Shown here: piece by piece, positions 1 to 12,884 of the stretch | Numbering within the stretch: the stretch's first letter is position 1 | Layout of the letters: every line of letters starts with the position of its first letter | From: Adineta vaga | Taxonomy: Eukaryota > Animalia > Rotifera | Direction of reading: 5' to 3' | Length of the DNA stretch: 64,000 nt | Assembly (NCBI GenBank): GCA_021613535.1 | Contig: CP075494.1 | Location: 16,864,001-16,928,000, forward strand | Notes under the pieces: generated by a model | Told to the model about the DNA's origin: nothing | Databases searched by the model: none | The model's input: only the letters and a program-made list of their open reading frames with translations | Position numbers and translations under genes: made by a program

Positions 1-1308
1 GGTTCCTGCAGAAATTCGTTTGTGTTACCAAATACTCCTTTTCCAGCTACAATAACTCCATCAGTACGTGAAGTTGAATCCGTTGGAAAGCGTAGGACTC
101 GATGATTATTAGAATCAGCAACATACATGAATGTCTCTGTTGAATCAAAGGCAAAACCTTGAGGAAAATTTAACTGATTTAGTTTATTTCCAGATTCAGT
201 GAATGAAGTTCCACCTGCGATAGTGATTGCATGTATTGCTTCATTCATAAACTGTACGATACGACTATTGCCAGTATCAGCTACATACAGATTTTCATAT
301 CTATCAACATAAACATCTGCAGGAGAGATTAGTTTGTTACTACCATGAGACCCAGCTACAATTATGTTATGCATGCCATCTTTTAATTTCTTCCATACAG
401 AAGACTCGAAGCTGTCAGCGCCATACAGAGTATCGTCAGAATCAATGAATAGACCTGCACATGATAATTGTGATGAAGGGAGCAGAGTAATCCCTGTTAT
501 ATTCCAATGTGGACTGTTGGGTGCACCTAATATAAAATTAAATAATGATGTAATAACATATTCTTTATTCTCCTATGCTGCAACATCGGCATCAAGATAT
601 GAATACAATAAAACCTGGATACGACACTGACGCATATGTCAATACATTGCAAAATTGCAGATAAAGTTTTGTAACTATTTTGTCTTTTATATTACACAAA
701 TCAAATAACATTCTTAAAACTTTTGTTATCTTAAAATCGATTGGATATTGATCAATAAACATTCAAATGATATTACATCGAGGGGTAAGTGGATAGTGGC
801 GGCGCCACGGGTGGGCTAGAGTGGGCTGAGCCCACCCTGGAATCATTTGAGCCCACCCTGATTTAAAAAACTTTTGCAAAAAACTGATTTTTATATTACA
901 AAAAGGCACGACTTCTATAGTTGAGCCCACCCTGAGTGGAAATTCTGGCGCCATCGCTATAAGTGGAGCGTGTTTATACTCACATGGATCTATTATTTTC
1001 TTTGTCGATGTTGTTTCTGTTGTTTTTCTTATTGTTGTATCAATTGCATGCTTATCGTTTTCCATTGTCATGATTATTGCCGATGTTCTTTCTGTTATAC
1101 CCGTTGCATCCTTATCATTTTCCGTTATGATTATTGTCGATGTTGTTTCCATCACCGTCTCATTCGTTGTTTTGTTGTTGTTTCTTTTATTTGTTACAAT
1201 TATGATTATTGAAATGATGATCACTACAATTAGTGATATGAAAACTGAAATGAACCATTTTTTTCGACTACGTCGACACCTATAAAACGAGCAACACTCT
1301 TCATTCAT
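1..1308 (-). CDS. Type II membrane NHL-repeat (beta-propeller) protein; exons 984-1308 and <1-526; runs off window start
   Basis: Exon 1 encodes a basic patch, a TM helix and a Thr-rich stalk. Donor T|GTGAGT (983) joins acceptor TAG|GT (527) in phase: IIDP-C-APNSPHWN. Exon 2 has NHL motifs LYVADTGNSRI, LNFPQGFAFD and MYVADSNNHRVLRF. Confidence 0.85.
794..959. mobile_element. hAT-type MITE in the NHL gene intron
   Basis: Imperfect TIRs TAGTGGCGGCGCCA / TGGCGCCATCGCTA; perfect 8-bp TSD TAAGTGGA (786-793, 960-967); internal AGCCCACCCT repeats. Confidence 0.85.
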
Positions 1309-2009
1309 TTCTTACATTTGAAAATATACATACCATGCTCTTGTTTCAACTAGTACTGTTTCAGTTGATTCATGCATTTCAAATGAAGTCTAAAAAAACA
1401 AGCCATACATACAACAATTTTTTTCTCTTCATTAAAATGATTCAGAATTACTGTATTTTCATTGATCGATGTTGCTTCATTTAACTTTGACATTTTGTAA
1501 ATCAGTTTACAATATAAGATCTAGAAGAATAAAGTAAAGAGACAAAATAAAACAACATTTTGACTTCACTTATATGAAAAATATCTTCTTCAAATAACAA
1601 CTGCACACTAACTATAAAAAATGAATAATAATAAATGGATATATTCTGAAAGCTCTATAGCAGTATTTGACTAAAGCTTTGTTATCTACATAAATATGTA
1701 TATTAGAGCTAACGAGGAAGTTTGGTAAATATTGAAGTCATGCAAACTTCATCTGTTGTTCGTAAAGTGCACAAAAAACGTAGGATATCTCAGCGCCAGA
1801 TTCGACTTTTTCTTGGGCCGATGCACACGAGTGCACGTTCTAACTTTGATCACATTGGTTCCAAGTAGAACTCGATGAGCTCTATCGATTTCACATTTTA
1901 GTTTTTAGTTTTGAACTATTTCTTGTAAAAGAACCATTTTATCGACATTAATGAGCACTGATAGAAAATCATAGATTGGCTAAAACATTTTAGCTAATAA
2001 ATGTTTTTG

Positions 2010-2180
2010 TGTACTCAAAAAGTGAGTATACTACTAAAATCGGTCAGTATGTCCGTCCGGCCGTCCGTTTATCCGATAACTTTCGAAAGGAGAGTCCAAG
2101 TGAGCTCAAATTTTTCACATAGTTTAGCCTCATTAATATCTCAGTCGAGTTCGAAGATGAGACCGATCGGTCAAGAATTG
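2010..2180 (+). mobile_element. DINE-1/HINE-like non-autonomous element, family B, 5' part
   Basis: Hairpin GTACTC-AAAAAGT-GAGTA, then GGTCAGTATGTCCGTCCGGCCGTCC; homologous inverted copy at about 40095-40270. Confidence 0.55.
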
Positions 2181-2524
2181 CTTGAGTTCTCGTAAAAATA
2201 CTGAAAACTGGCCAGATCATCCCTGAGGAGGAGTACAGGGATTTTTTGCCAAAGTTTTTCTTTCTTCATTTTCACAAGATATATCAGTCTGTTGGGCTTT
2301 ATGTGCATTACCCTTGTGTCCTCAAGTCCTAAGAGTGAATGTGGGTGAATAAGTGATCTGGGTGAAATTTCACCCAGATGGTTTTATAGTAGGTAAAATC
2401 TTGAAACTTTAAATGGTGGTTTCCTAGACACAATATATCGTCGAGAACATGTTGGAACATGAGTTGAAACTATAGATAGGGGTTATTTGAGGAACCTGGG
2501 TGAAATTTCACCCAAGTGCTTTTA

Positions 2525-2625
2525 TTCCCTCGACTGTTAGGAGGGTCATATGAAAAAAAATTGTTTGTTTGTTTGTTTGTAGGTTTGTGTCAAGGTCAAG
2601 GTCAAGGGTCAACAAAAAAAAATTA
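2525..2625 (+). mobile_element. HINE family A 5' end
   Basis: TTCCCTCGACTG-TTAG-GAGGGTCATATGAAAA plus (GTTT)n and GGTCAA repeats; same as 13993, 32595, 32835 and inverted copies ending near 32030 and 56700. Confidence 0.7.
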
Positions 2626-2839
2626 GTGATAGGACGCCTCAAATCGTGGGTGTGTATAGAGCTGGGTATTGTATGAAACCGTGGGTGATGGTATTGAGCT
2701 CGGTGGTCAGTGAAATCATGGGCGTGGGTGTTGGGTGAAATCATGGGTGGGGGTGTGAGACCACCCAAGCAGACAAGCAACGAAAAATAACGCGTTTTAA
2801 TGCGTAACAGCCGCACATTTTCACGATTTTATTTTCGTT

Positions 2840-3018
2840 AGAATTTCAACGCGTCAAAGCACGTTTTTTTCGTGGAAAAAGTGACTATTTTCAAGGGATA
2901 ATAGCGATAATATAAAAACCCGGGTGTCTTATACGTGTTCTCTATTATTCTTAGCAATCATGTCTTGAAAAAGACACTTTTTCTACGAAAAATACGTGCT
3001 TTAACGCGTTGAAATTCT
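2840..3018. mobile_element. MITE-like inverted repeat
   Basis: About 45-bp imperfect IR: AGAATTTCAACGCGTCAAAGCACG... / ...CGTGCTTTAACGCGTTGAAATTCT. Confidence 0.6.
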
Positions 3019-4112
3019 TTCAAGAAATGTTAATTAAATTATGTAATTTAAAATATTTGTCATTAATCTTCATGTATATTGATGATGAATATGATTTTCT
3101 CGATGGTCATAAATGGGAAATATTTCTTCGACAAACACAAATAAAAAAATTTGATTTTAAATTCATATGTTATAATGAATTAATATATAATCAAAATAAT
3201 TCGATATTACTTCGTTCATATCGTTCTTCATTTTGGCTTAAAGCAAAACGATGCTATGTAGCATGTCATCGGTTATTATCAAGAAATAGTAAACAAACAT
3301 GGATTTATAGTATACCAAGATTTTTTCCTTGTTTTACCTTTAATAATAATCGATTTTCATCAACAGCACCAGTTGATTTTGAAGAAAATTATTTCCATTT
3401 ACAATATATTAAAACATCATCATTAAAAATCCATTCATCAATACTTCCTTCTATTCATCGTTTTATTAATGTTAAATATCTTACTTTAAATGGATTAACA
3501 TTACCATCAATGAATATACTTATGTCATATGTAAATCTGTATTCTATCGAAGAACTTGATTTATCAGAAATAAAAAATATTTCAATTGGTGAAATTCATT
3601 TATTAATTGAACATATTCCTAAATTAAAACATTTAATCATTAACAAATTTATTCCATTATTTCTTCCACCATTATATATGGATTCATTAACAATTCATAA
3701 ATGGAATTATCATACTGATATTAATCAATTTTGTTTAAGATTTTCACATATAAAATCTTTAGAAATTGATGTTTCATCAGTTGAAATGATGATTATATTA
3801 ATAAAACGTTTAAAATATCTTGAACATATTGTATTTAAATATAATATTGATAGATATTTACCATTTCTTTCTATTAGATGGTTAAAACGAATATTCTGTC
3901 GACTTCGACGAGACAAATTTACATATCGAACAACTGATTATTCTCTTCATTTATCAATTAAGAAGAAACAAAACATGAACAAAAAACATTTCTTTTTCAT
4001 GAAACTTTTGAAATTAATATATTCATTTATTGAAAAAAGTAGAAAAATCAGGAAAATGATGTTCTTTTTTTGTCTTAGAAATATGATTATGAGACTTATA
4101 ATAGATCGATAA
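3019..4112 (+). CDS. LRR-like (F-box/LRR-type) protein, C-terminal part; 5' end lost or interrupted by repeats
   Basis: ~365-aa open frame with LxxLxL units (LCNLKYLSL, NVKYLTL, SIEELDL, KLKHLII, HIKSLEI). The nominal TTG start at 3009 lies inside the MITE. Confidence 0.6.
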
Positions 4113-4141
4113 TTCATCTTTAGTAAAAATTGTATTGAACT

Positions 4142-6232
4142 CTATTCTTCGTGATCTATTCCATAATTAGTTTGATAGATAGACAGACTATCATTGAAAT
4201 AATGAACAGCTTGCAATGGATTATTTAAACATTGATAGTATATGTCAACATTATTCAAGTTTTTCGCAATATGTATATGATCAGATGACAATATTTGACG
4301 ATTGATGGCAAGTGTTTTGAGTTCACATCGCGACGCATCATCGAACATGTCGTATTTATAATATAAACAACTCAATGATGTGAGATATTTACTTATTTCT
4401 TGATGATCAATAGGTATGGCATGTTCTAGAATGGACACAGCTTGTTCATAATATTTGAGTGTTTCATTTAGATTTGTATCTTCAAAAACATGAGCCATAA
4501 TGATCAATGTTCGAGCAATACAAGGATGATCATCACCTAAGACCTTTTTCTGAATATTAAGTTTTTCTTGACAAAACTTCAACGCATTTTCCATCTCATT
4601 TTTCTTCTTATAAATATTAATAATTACACTCAGATTCATCCATAGACTGTAATGATCTGGTGGACAACAATCTCTTACGAGGTCTAGTGGTCGACGGTAA
4701 CACTCAAGTGCAAGATCAAATTCATTTTGCTTCTCGTAAACGTTTCCAATATAACCTAAACATTGGCAAATCCGTCGATGATTAACAGATCGAACACATG
4801 TAAACATGTTAAGCGCACGAAATAGATGATGCAGAGCATTACTAAAATCACCAATTTCGGTGTAGACTCGACCGATATTTTGTATCGTTTCAGCTTTATT
4901 TTTATGATTACCTGGATAATTTTTTTCGTCAATTTTCAATACTTGCTGACAATAGTTCAGGGCTTGCTTAAAATCTCCTTGACATCTGTACATTCCAGCA
5001 ATATTATAGAGTGAAGCAGCAATGTCAGGGTGGTTGGGTGGTAGACGCTTTTGACGAATCTCATAGGCTAATTGGAAATACTCAAATGCCAACTCCAACT
5101 CCTGTCTTCTGCGATATACATGTGCCATATTGTTATAAACAGATGCAATGTCTGCATGATCAGATGTCATTGATTTGAGTAATATTTCGAAATATTTCAT
5201 CGCTTGATCTATTCGACCTAGTTTGAAAAGCACAATACGACCAAAATAGATGAGCGGTGAGTGTTCATCTAACTCTTATTTTACTATCATGAAATATTCT
5301 TGAACTATTTCTGATCTTGCATCGGTAGCAGTTAATTCTACGATCGTTATTTTACGCATTGAATTATAGGTAATACATCCAATTTTAAAGGTACTGTTAA
5401 GATGGAAGAGTACTTCGTTTTCGTCTTTTATATGAGCCTTATTTTTAATATCAGCAAATACTATCGTTGTCAATGAGGGATCTGCTGTAATTTGAAATAA
5501 AACTGCTTGAACATCATCTAATGGAAGACTTTGCCCAGCGAACGTAATTGATACATCAGTATCACGAGAAGTAGATAAAAATCCATTCATGGAAATGATC
5601 TCACCTTCGTTTTGTTTCAGTTTTTCAAGTTCTTTACGTGGAATTTGTGCTCCACGATATAAAGTAAGAAGAGAATCATCTTTCCAGTAGTGACTTTCTT
5701 TTTCGAGTGCAGCACATAGATCAATAATAAAAAACCAAAATAAATACAGAAATTCTATATTTTCGGTGCGAAGTGCCTTGTTCAATAGTTTATATACAAA
5801 ACATTTCCTTGTATACCAGTCTATTACTTTATCACTTGAATAATCATTTCGAAATCTCTCGACATTATGCAATCCTACATTATTAGTTCGACAATACTCA
5901 TAGCATACCTTCATCATATCATCTTTAGCTTGTTCATCGTGCGGCATTTGTTTGAGTACATAAATCAACATTTGATACCAGAGAAATGATGCTGATTCTG
6001 TGGATAAATTTCGTCCGAGCGTTTGCTTTTGATCTAAAAGACAAAAGGATAGCAATTGCCGTTCTAGTAAAATTGATTGAATGTAAGAATAATCTAGTGA
6101 ATTATCAACATCTTCATCGAGCCAGATCAGTTCGGCACCTTCTCTATTCTGAATCACTTCATGAGAAAGAACATTCTGCAGTCCTCCATCCAGAGAAATA
6201 ATGGCAGCCATCATATAATTAGTTTTCTTCAT
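4142..6232 (-). pseudogene. R-S-E type mono-ADP-ribosyltransferase fused to TPR repeats; one in-frame TAA at 5276-5278
   Basis: ART motifs YKLLNKALR, LYRG, GFLSTS, ENEVLF. The frame continues past the stop (ELDEHSPLIYFGRIVLFKLG) into 42-aa kinesin-light-chain-like TPRs (HPDIAASLYNIA). Confidence 0.8.
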
Positions 6233-7361
6233 CTACGTATCAGCACTCTGAACATAGCATATAAATATCACGTTGTATTAACCTTTTTTTTTCAAAAGAA
6301 CTATAGATTGATATCCCACTGCTCCTATTTTTCTTCAAACGTTCTCTTTCAGACAACTTTTCGTCTTTTTTTTTAGCAAAAAACTATATATAGGGCGGAA
6401 GAAAGTGAAAGAACGAGAAGAAAAGAGACAAACTTAAATTTTTTCTACGCCATGCGATACTCAGAAAAAAATGGTGCTTATCAAAACTTTTCTGGAGAGG
6501 GCGAGGATGGATGAAGACGAACAATATATACTAGCACTCACACCATCGATTTGTATGATGAATTTTTCATTATTAAAGTGTATGTTAAAACAATTGTCTC
6601 TATACTAAAAAGATACAACAGCCTATGACCAGAAATACATATCACAAAAAACAAAAATTAATTCTCAACATTCATCTGATGTGCAAGATCAATTTCAAGT
6701 CATCATGTAAATAATTTTAGATTTGAGATGTCTTATGAACAATTATCTGGCAGTGCTTACTGTATTCGTCATCATTAGTAATCACTTTTACTTTTCTTTT
6801 TTTACAAGTATTCACCAGTTACTATTGCACAAAACTCTTTTATTCTGAAGGGAATTTTTTCTTTATATAAAGATGAACCGAGGGTCAACGATTATTTGTA
6901 TATTCACAGGGTATGCAGTTTACTATATAATTTTCACGCGGTCATGTGAAATGATGCATCTCTCTCTCTCTCTCTCATTTTGTTTCTTTGTTGTTCTTCG
7001 TCTTTTATCGATTAAATAGAAAGAACAAGTGAAAAAGATATGCGTTGTTTCTCTTGACAGTCGTTGATCAGATGTGCAAGCAAGCGAAAAAAAGAAGCGT
7101 AAGTCATAGCTGTTAGATACTTTGTTTTTTTCATTTTCAGATGAATCGACAAAACCACGAAATCTCGAAAGTATCTAATGACTATGTTAATAGCTGAGAA
7201 GATATTTGCAAATCATATTATAAAAACGATTGTATATGTGATTCTAAGTTTCGATTATGAATAATAATTTCAGATTCCTAATTCATTATGGCTAAATATC
7301 GAAATCAATTACCTCAATTATCTGGTAATTTCTTTATTACAAATGGTGGTTTAGAGACTAC

Positions 7362-10300
7362 CAGAGCTCCGCGGGACGACCAAAAAGTCGTCCCGTCCCG
7401 CCCCGTGTCCCGCCTCTTTTCGTCCCGTCCCGTCCTGTCCCGCGTTAGTTTCGATCGAGAGTCCCGTCCCGTCCCGTATTTCGAGCTCTTCTGTCCCGTC
7501 CCGTTCGTCCCGTCCCGCATCATGTTTTACTTTTTCAATCTAAATAATTTATTTTACCTCTTAAATATATTTAACTAACATTAATATTACAAAAAATACT
7601 TTTTATCACAAAAAATTGAATGTTCAGCAAGAAGAATCTTTTTCTATGAAAAAAGAATAAGTTTGAATACTGCTCATCTAGTAACTGATCTAAGAAAAAG
7701 TATGTTGTTGAGATTTTCTGGATTGATTGAAGCACGACGTTCACTCATAACGAGCCCACCTCCACTAAATTCACGTTCAACTGATGATGTTGTAGCGGGA
7801 ATACAATGAATCATTCGCGCCAGTTTCGATAATAATGGCAGATTGTTTTGGTTTTCCTTCCAGAATATTAAAGGATTGTCAACGAGCAGCTCAGGATTAA
7901 TATGCATTGATAAGTATTTGTCGACTTCATCATCATCTAGTTCATCATATTCGTCACTGAGATTACCGACTTCATATTCTTGACCAAATCGTTTTTTCTT
8001 CTTGAGAGGTGGTTCACCTTGAGCATTCGTTTGAAATAATTGTTGTTTTCCTCGATTATGTAACAAACGTTTTACTTTTTCTCGTTCAGCTATTTCTTTC
8101 AATTGTCGTCGTACATAAATCTTGCAAGAATCAATTTCTTCATTGGAACATTTGCGAAGATATCTGTATCTAGGATGAAGAAATGTTGCTGCAAAATGAA
8201 TGGGTTCTAAGACAAACATATCTTTTAGTAATTCAAGTAGACGAAGTCGAAAAAATCGAATTCCTGAAAGCAAAAAATAGTCTTGCTTGAATTATTTTAC
8301 AAGTGTTCACCTGATATATTCTATCAGATAGAACTATTAAACTCACCATCCGACTCCTCCGATTCGATATCATATTGATCGTCATCACTTTCTTTTCTTT
8401 TCGATGACATATTATCAGAATCATCATTTTCTTTATTGAAATTGATCAAATATTCGAATGAACTTAATGCTTTACGTAAAGTCATGACACAGATAAGAAC
8501 TAAATACAACGATGGTTGATTTCCTTTTTGTATAATGGTTAGGATATGCTTGAATGGACGTAATAAATATATAAGACGTTTGATAATCAATCGATCAATT
8601 AAAAATGATTTCTTCTTCTCCTGCAAAACCTTTTTTGTTTCTTTAAAAGAACGATCAATTGATTCCAACAATTGCATTATCGAAAGCCAACGAACTTTGC
8701 TTGATTGATGTAAACTAAAACCACCTTCAGATTGAATATCTTTGTTCAATCCATTCTAGAATATGGAAAAAAAAGTAAATATTTGTTCATTCGTTAACTC
8801 ACCAATTTGACATATTTCACAATATCTTTGCAATTGTTGAGCACTTTCAAGACTTCTCGAGCACAATTAGGCAGATCTTTAACTTTTGTCTTTGACATAT
8901 TAACGAAAACAATTTCATCAATATCACCATCCAAAATACTGCTATTGAATAGATCTTCTGAATTTACCACATTTTCACCTGTTGAATCAGAAGAAACACC
9001 TGTTTGATTTTTGATTGACTCATTCTGGTAGAAACACAACACCAGAATATTGTTCAGTCGGTGAGCAAAGCAGAAATATGAAGAATAATTCTTCATTGCC
9101 TTTACGAAGTTAGAACCACGATCTGTCACAAATTTAAGAATAGATAAATCAGTAATGTTGAACTTTCCCAATGCTTTATGTAATGCCTAAAAAATACAAG
9201 CAATTATAGTGAGAAGAGAAAAAGATCCTCACCTCAATGACACTTTCAGCAGTTTTATCATCTTCTTCAAATGGAGAGCAACAAAGATCATACGATCGAT
9301 ACTCAAATTGATCATTAACAAATGCGGCAGCAATTCCAAGATAAGAAACTTGATGAACAGGATCGCTCCATAAATCGGGACAAAATGTAACAGCCTCGCT
9401 CTCAAGAGGTTCAATTAATTCTTCACTAATACGAACACGATGTTGATCAGCGAGTTTGGATACATGTGCAGCGGTTGTATCAGCACCTCTCAACACTTCA
9501 TCCACATCAATACAACCACGACGAGCACCTTAATGAAGAGATAAAACAGATATTATTAGAGTTTTATGATCAGCTAATTACCAATTGAAATACATTCCTG
9601 GATCAATCGCCGAAGTCCTTTATCTTCAACTACTGAAAATGGACGAATACTTTGACAAACCCATTCTGCTTGTAAATCCTTTATCTTCATAATTTCAGGT
9701 GCTTTTAAAACCGGTGATTGTCCTGCATAAAACGTAGTTAAACGTCGCTGTGTCGAAGGTGTTCCATTTGCTGCTAATCTTTTATTTCGTTCTTTTGAAG
9801 CTTCACAATCATGTCCATTGAGTAATCTCGTACTGTTTGATATGAATGAATATGTGCAAAAACACTTCCGGCACGAAACAAATCCATTAATTCGTTCAGC
9901 ATCACCATTACTATTGATAACTGCGGGAAATCCAAACAAAGTCCAACAATCAGATGTGCGCTTGCCTGTATTTTCAATAATAATATATTCATTAGATCTT
10001 GTTTTGAGCATCGATTGAATTTCACCACATCTGGCTTTATCCACATTTCGAGGAGAAGAAGGTGATGAACTGACTAAAGTGATCTGCGAACCACGATGTG
10101 CTGCATTTCCAACACGTGAGATAGAAACTGGTGACAAAAGTTCTGGTGACGACATGAAATCGATATTTAATTAATAATAAGTATTAATTGCTGAAAATTT
10201 ATTAAATAAATCAGTGATACAAAAAGAAAAGTGTAGTTGAACAAAGAGAAAGAAAAAGAATGATTTACTGTATATTCAATAATCTGAGGATGATTAACCA

Positions 10301-10426
10301 GATTCGTTCTATAAGCTAACTATCCATTCGTGTATGTTCAAGTTGTAGATGTCGCGGGACACCAGAAAAAGTTATCGTGTCCCGTCCCGTCCCGTCCAGC
10401 GGCCAGTCATGTCCCGCGGAGCTCTG
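7362..10426 (-). mobile_element. Full-length hAT DNA transposon (3065 bp)
   Basis: Perfect 16-bp TIRs CAGAGCTCCGCGGGAC; perfect 8-bp TSD GAGACTAC (7354-7361, 10427-10434); subterminal (GTCCC)n arrays at both ends. Confidence 0.95.
7674..10155 (-). CDS. hAT transposase (BED finger, DDE core, hATC dimerisation domain); 5 exons, apparently intact
   Basis: Four GT-AG introns join in phases 1,0,0,1 (ISI-G-ARRG, VIE-ALHK, VKL-NGLN, ESD-G-IRFF). Motifs CRKC..H.C, DLWSD, VTDRGSN, CFAHRLN, VRWLS, IPATTSSVEREFS. Confidence 0.9.
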
Positions 10427-12884
10427 GAGACTACTTTAATTTATCATGAAAAACGTGAACTTCCATGTTTTGCTACATTCACCATTTTGAAAGATGAATC
10501 TGGATGTGATTGGTTAAAAAATTATTTCAGTAAGTATGCTAATCTTGCTCGAAAATATAATGTTGGACTTATTTTGGAAAATGCAACATGGCGTGTTAGT
10601 CCTGATTGGTTAGAAAAACTTGGTTATGCGAAAGATGATTTAGAAAATATTAATCAAAAATCAATTGAGTTACTTGATGATATTCGAGAGAAATATGAAA
10701 CAGAAAAATGTCCAATCATTTTTAATGCATCTGTTGGTCCACGTGCAGATGGTTACAAAACTGACGTGCGTATGTCATCGGAAGAAGCACAAACTTATCA
10801 TGCGACACAAATCGGAATTTTGAGTAAAACAAAGACAGATATGATTACTGGAACAACATTGAATTATCCAGAAGAAGCGATTGGAATGGCACGAGCTGCA
10901 AAACAACTTGGAATGCCTATTGTTATTTCATTTACACTTGAAGAAGATGGAAAATTAGTAACAGGACAAACGTTACAAGAAGCAATTCAACTTGTCGATA
11001 AAGCTACTAACAATACACCTCTTTATTATGTAATAAACTGTGCATATCCAAGTAATTTTGCTCATATTTTTCGTCCCGAAGACAAGTGGAGTGAAAGAAT
11101 TCATGGAATTAAAGGTAATGCTTCGAAAAAAGTCATGCTGAACTCGATGAGAGTACAGTGCTTGATGATGGTAATCCAATAGAATTTGGTACGGATAATT
11201 TAGCACTCTTATATAAATTAAAGAATTTAAACATATTCGGTGGATGTTGTGGAACAGATTATCGTCATATTGAAGAAATTTGCAAGACATGTATTCCTGT
11301 TTTCAATCATCTTAAAATGCAATCGAAATCATCAATAAAAACTGATTAATATATATTAGACTGTTCACAATATAAAACTTGATTACTTTTTCTTTTTTTT
11401 TCTTACACTGATATTACTTTCCTATCTGTAATTCTGTAATACACAATACCCCCACACTTTCTTCTGGTCAGCTTGGCCTTAGAAAATATACTACATAATA
11501 CTTCGATGTTATGAAATATTTCGATTTATTTCAATGATAATGAAGATGGGCAATCGATGAATGTTATTGATGTTTAATCTATAGTAAGAATTCAAAATAA
11601 AACAATTTATCCAGCCTGCAATTTCAGACTATCATCACATGATACAGAGTTTTAAAATTTTGAAAAAAAAACAAAGAATTTTTCATGTGCAAAGGAAAAG
11701 AAACAGAAGGTAGAATAAAGGAATGATTATAAGATAAAGTAACTCAGAAAGAATCGTGTTATCATTTCATTTATAGTTATACACACCCTCGCACGCTCAC
11801 CCTCTATAACATTTATTTTTACATTAAATAATTTAGGTACTGCTCTCAGTTCATCTGCTGTTCTTTATGCTGCTAATTGGTTTCCACAAAAGTATGCTTA
11901 TGTTATTACAGTAGAAGCATCTAATCTTCTCGAGATTTTGTGGTTTATTCTTTCCTAGCGAAATTTAAAACACTTGAAAAATTTGCCGATTTGCAAGTGG
12001 TATCTAACAGAAGAAGTAAACACAACAATATCAGAACAATCTAATCAAAATGAACATGAACTATCATTCCTTCCAAATAAGAATTAATGAATGATCAGCA
12101 CTACATATAGAAACTAAGAATACCTGAAAAAAACATTTTTCTTTGATAAACTGTCATGAAATTGGTCGTCTAGTATCACCTTCGATCAGTGTGTTTCAAC
12201 GACCGTCAGAAAACAATAGTTCATGGTTTGACGATGTTTATTAAAATTGACTTAGTAACTGTATCACGTTCATCTCATGTATAAATAAACTACAGGCACA
12301 TATATTATACTTTTTCTTTTCTAATATTTTCTGTTCTTTCTATAGTTGATAGTGAATGGGAAGAAGATGACAACACATTAGTCACCTCAATCAGCTATCG
12401 TCGTCGCTTGTCGATCCACTATCAACTATAGAAAGAACGAGATAAAACGATTATTAATGTCCTTCCTCATCTTCAAGAAAACACAAAAGTCGACCTAATT
12501 ACCGTTGTATGTTAAAAAGAATCTTTCATATAACCTGGTGGCAACATCAATTTATGAGTTTTTTATCGTTTCAATTTTATTCTATTCCCGCAATATTTTC
12601 TTTTGATAAAAACCGTGCAGATACAGCATTCATTTCATTTTCAATTACAAGCATCTATAAATATCTAGCAGACAAAAGATTGGGAAAATGAATTTAATCA
12701 CTCAGCCGAGAAGCGTAATTGTGAGCTATGTATGATACTTTTTATGTAAAAGAATATTTTTAATCTTTTCACCATTTTGACGGTCTATAATAAGAGATAA
12801 TTTCCTATAAAACTCTTTTCTTTTTTTGCTATTCATTTAAAGATATTTGTGACCAACACAATTAGATCTTTCTCATATATATTA

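Larger units (their letters stand above)
7288..11349 (+). pseudogene. Bacterial-type homocysteine S-methyltransferase (HMT/MmuM family), split by a hAT insertion and with one frameshift; segments 7288-7361 and 10435-11349
   Basis: Removing the element and one TSD restores MAKYRNQLPQLSGNFFITNGGLETTLIYHE. Zn-ligand motifs INCAYP and GGCCGTD present. A6 run at 11126-11131 needs one more A to read NASKKSHAELDE. No introns. Confidence 0.88.

Noticed and set aside
970-1285. Cys-rich and hydrophobic plus-strand ORFs
   Set aside because: Antisense shadows of the Thr-rich exon of the NHL gene.
7288-7578. 96-aa ORF with SRPV repeats, and the MSRDTRK start of ORF 10349
   Set aside because: These are read-through into the (GTCCC)n transposon ends; the real gene is the split HMT.
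11837-12090. Possible transporter-like exon remnant (GTALSSSAVLYAANWFPQ)
   Set aside because: Short, stop-interrupted, and no family can be supported by eye.
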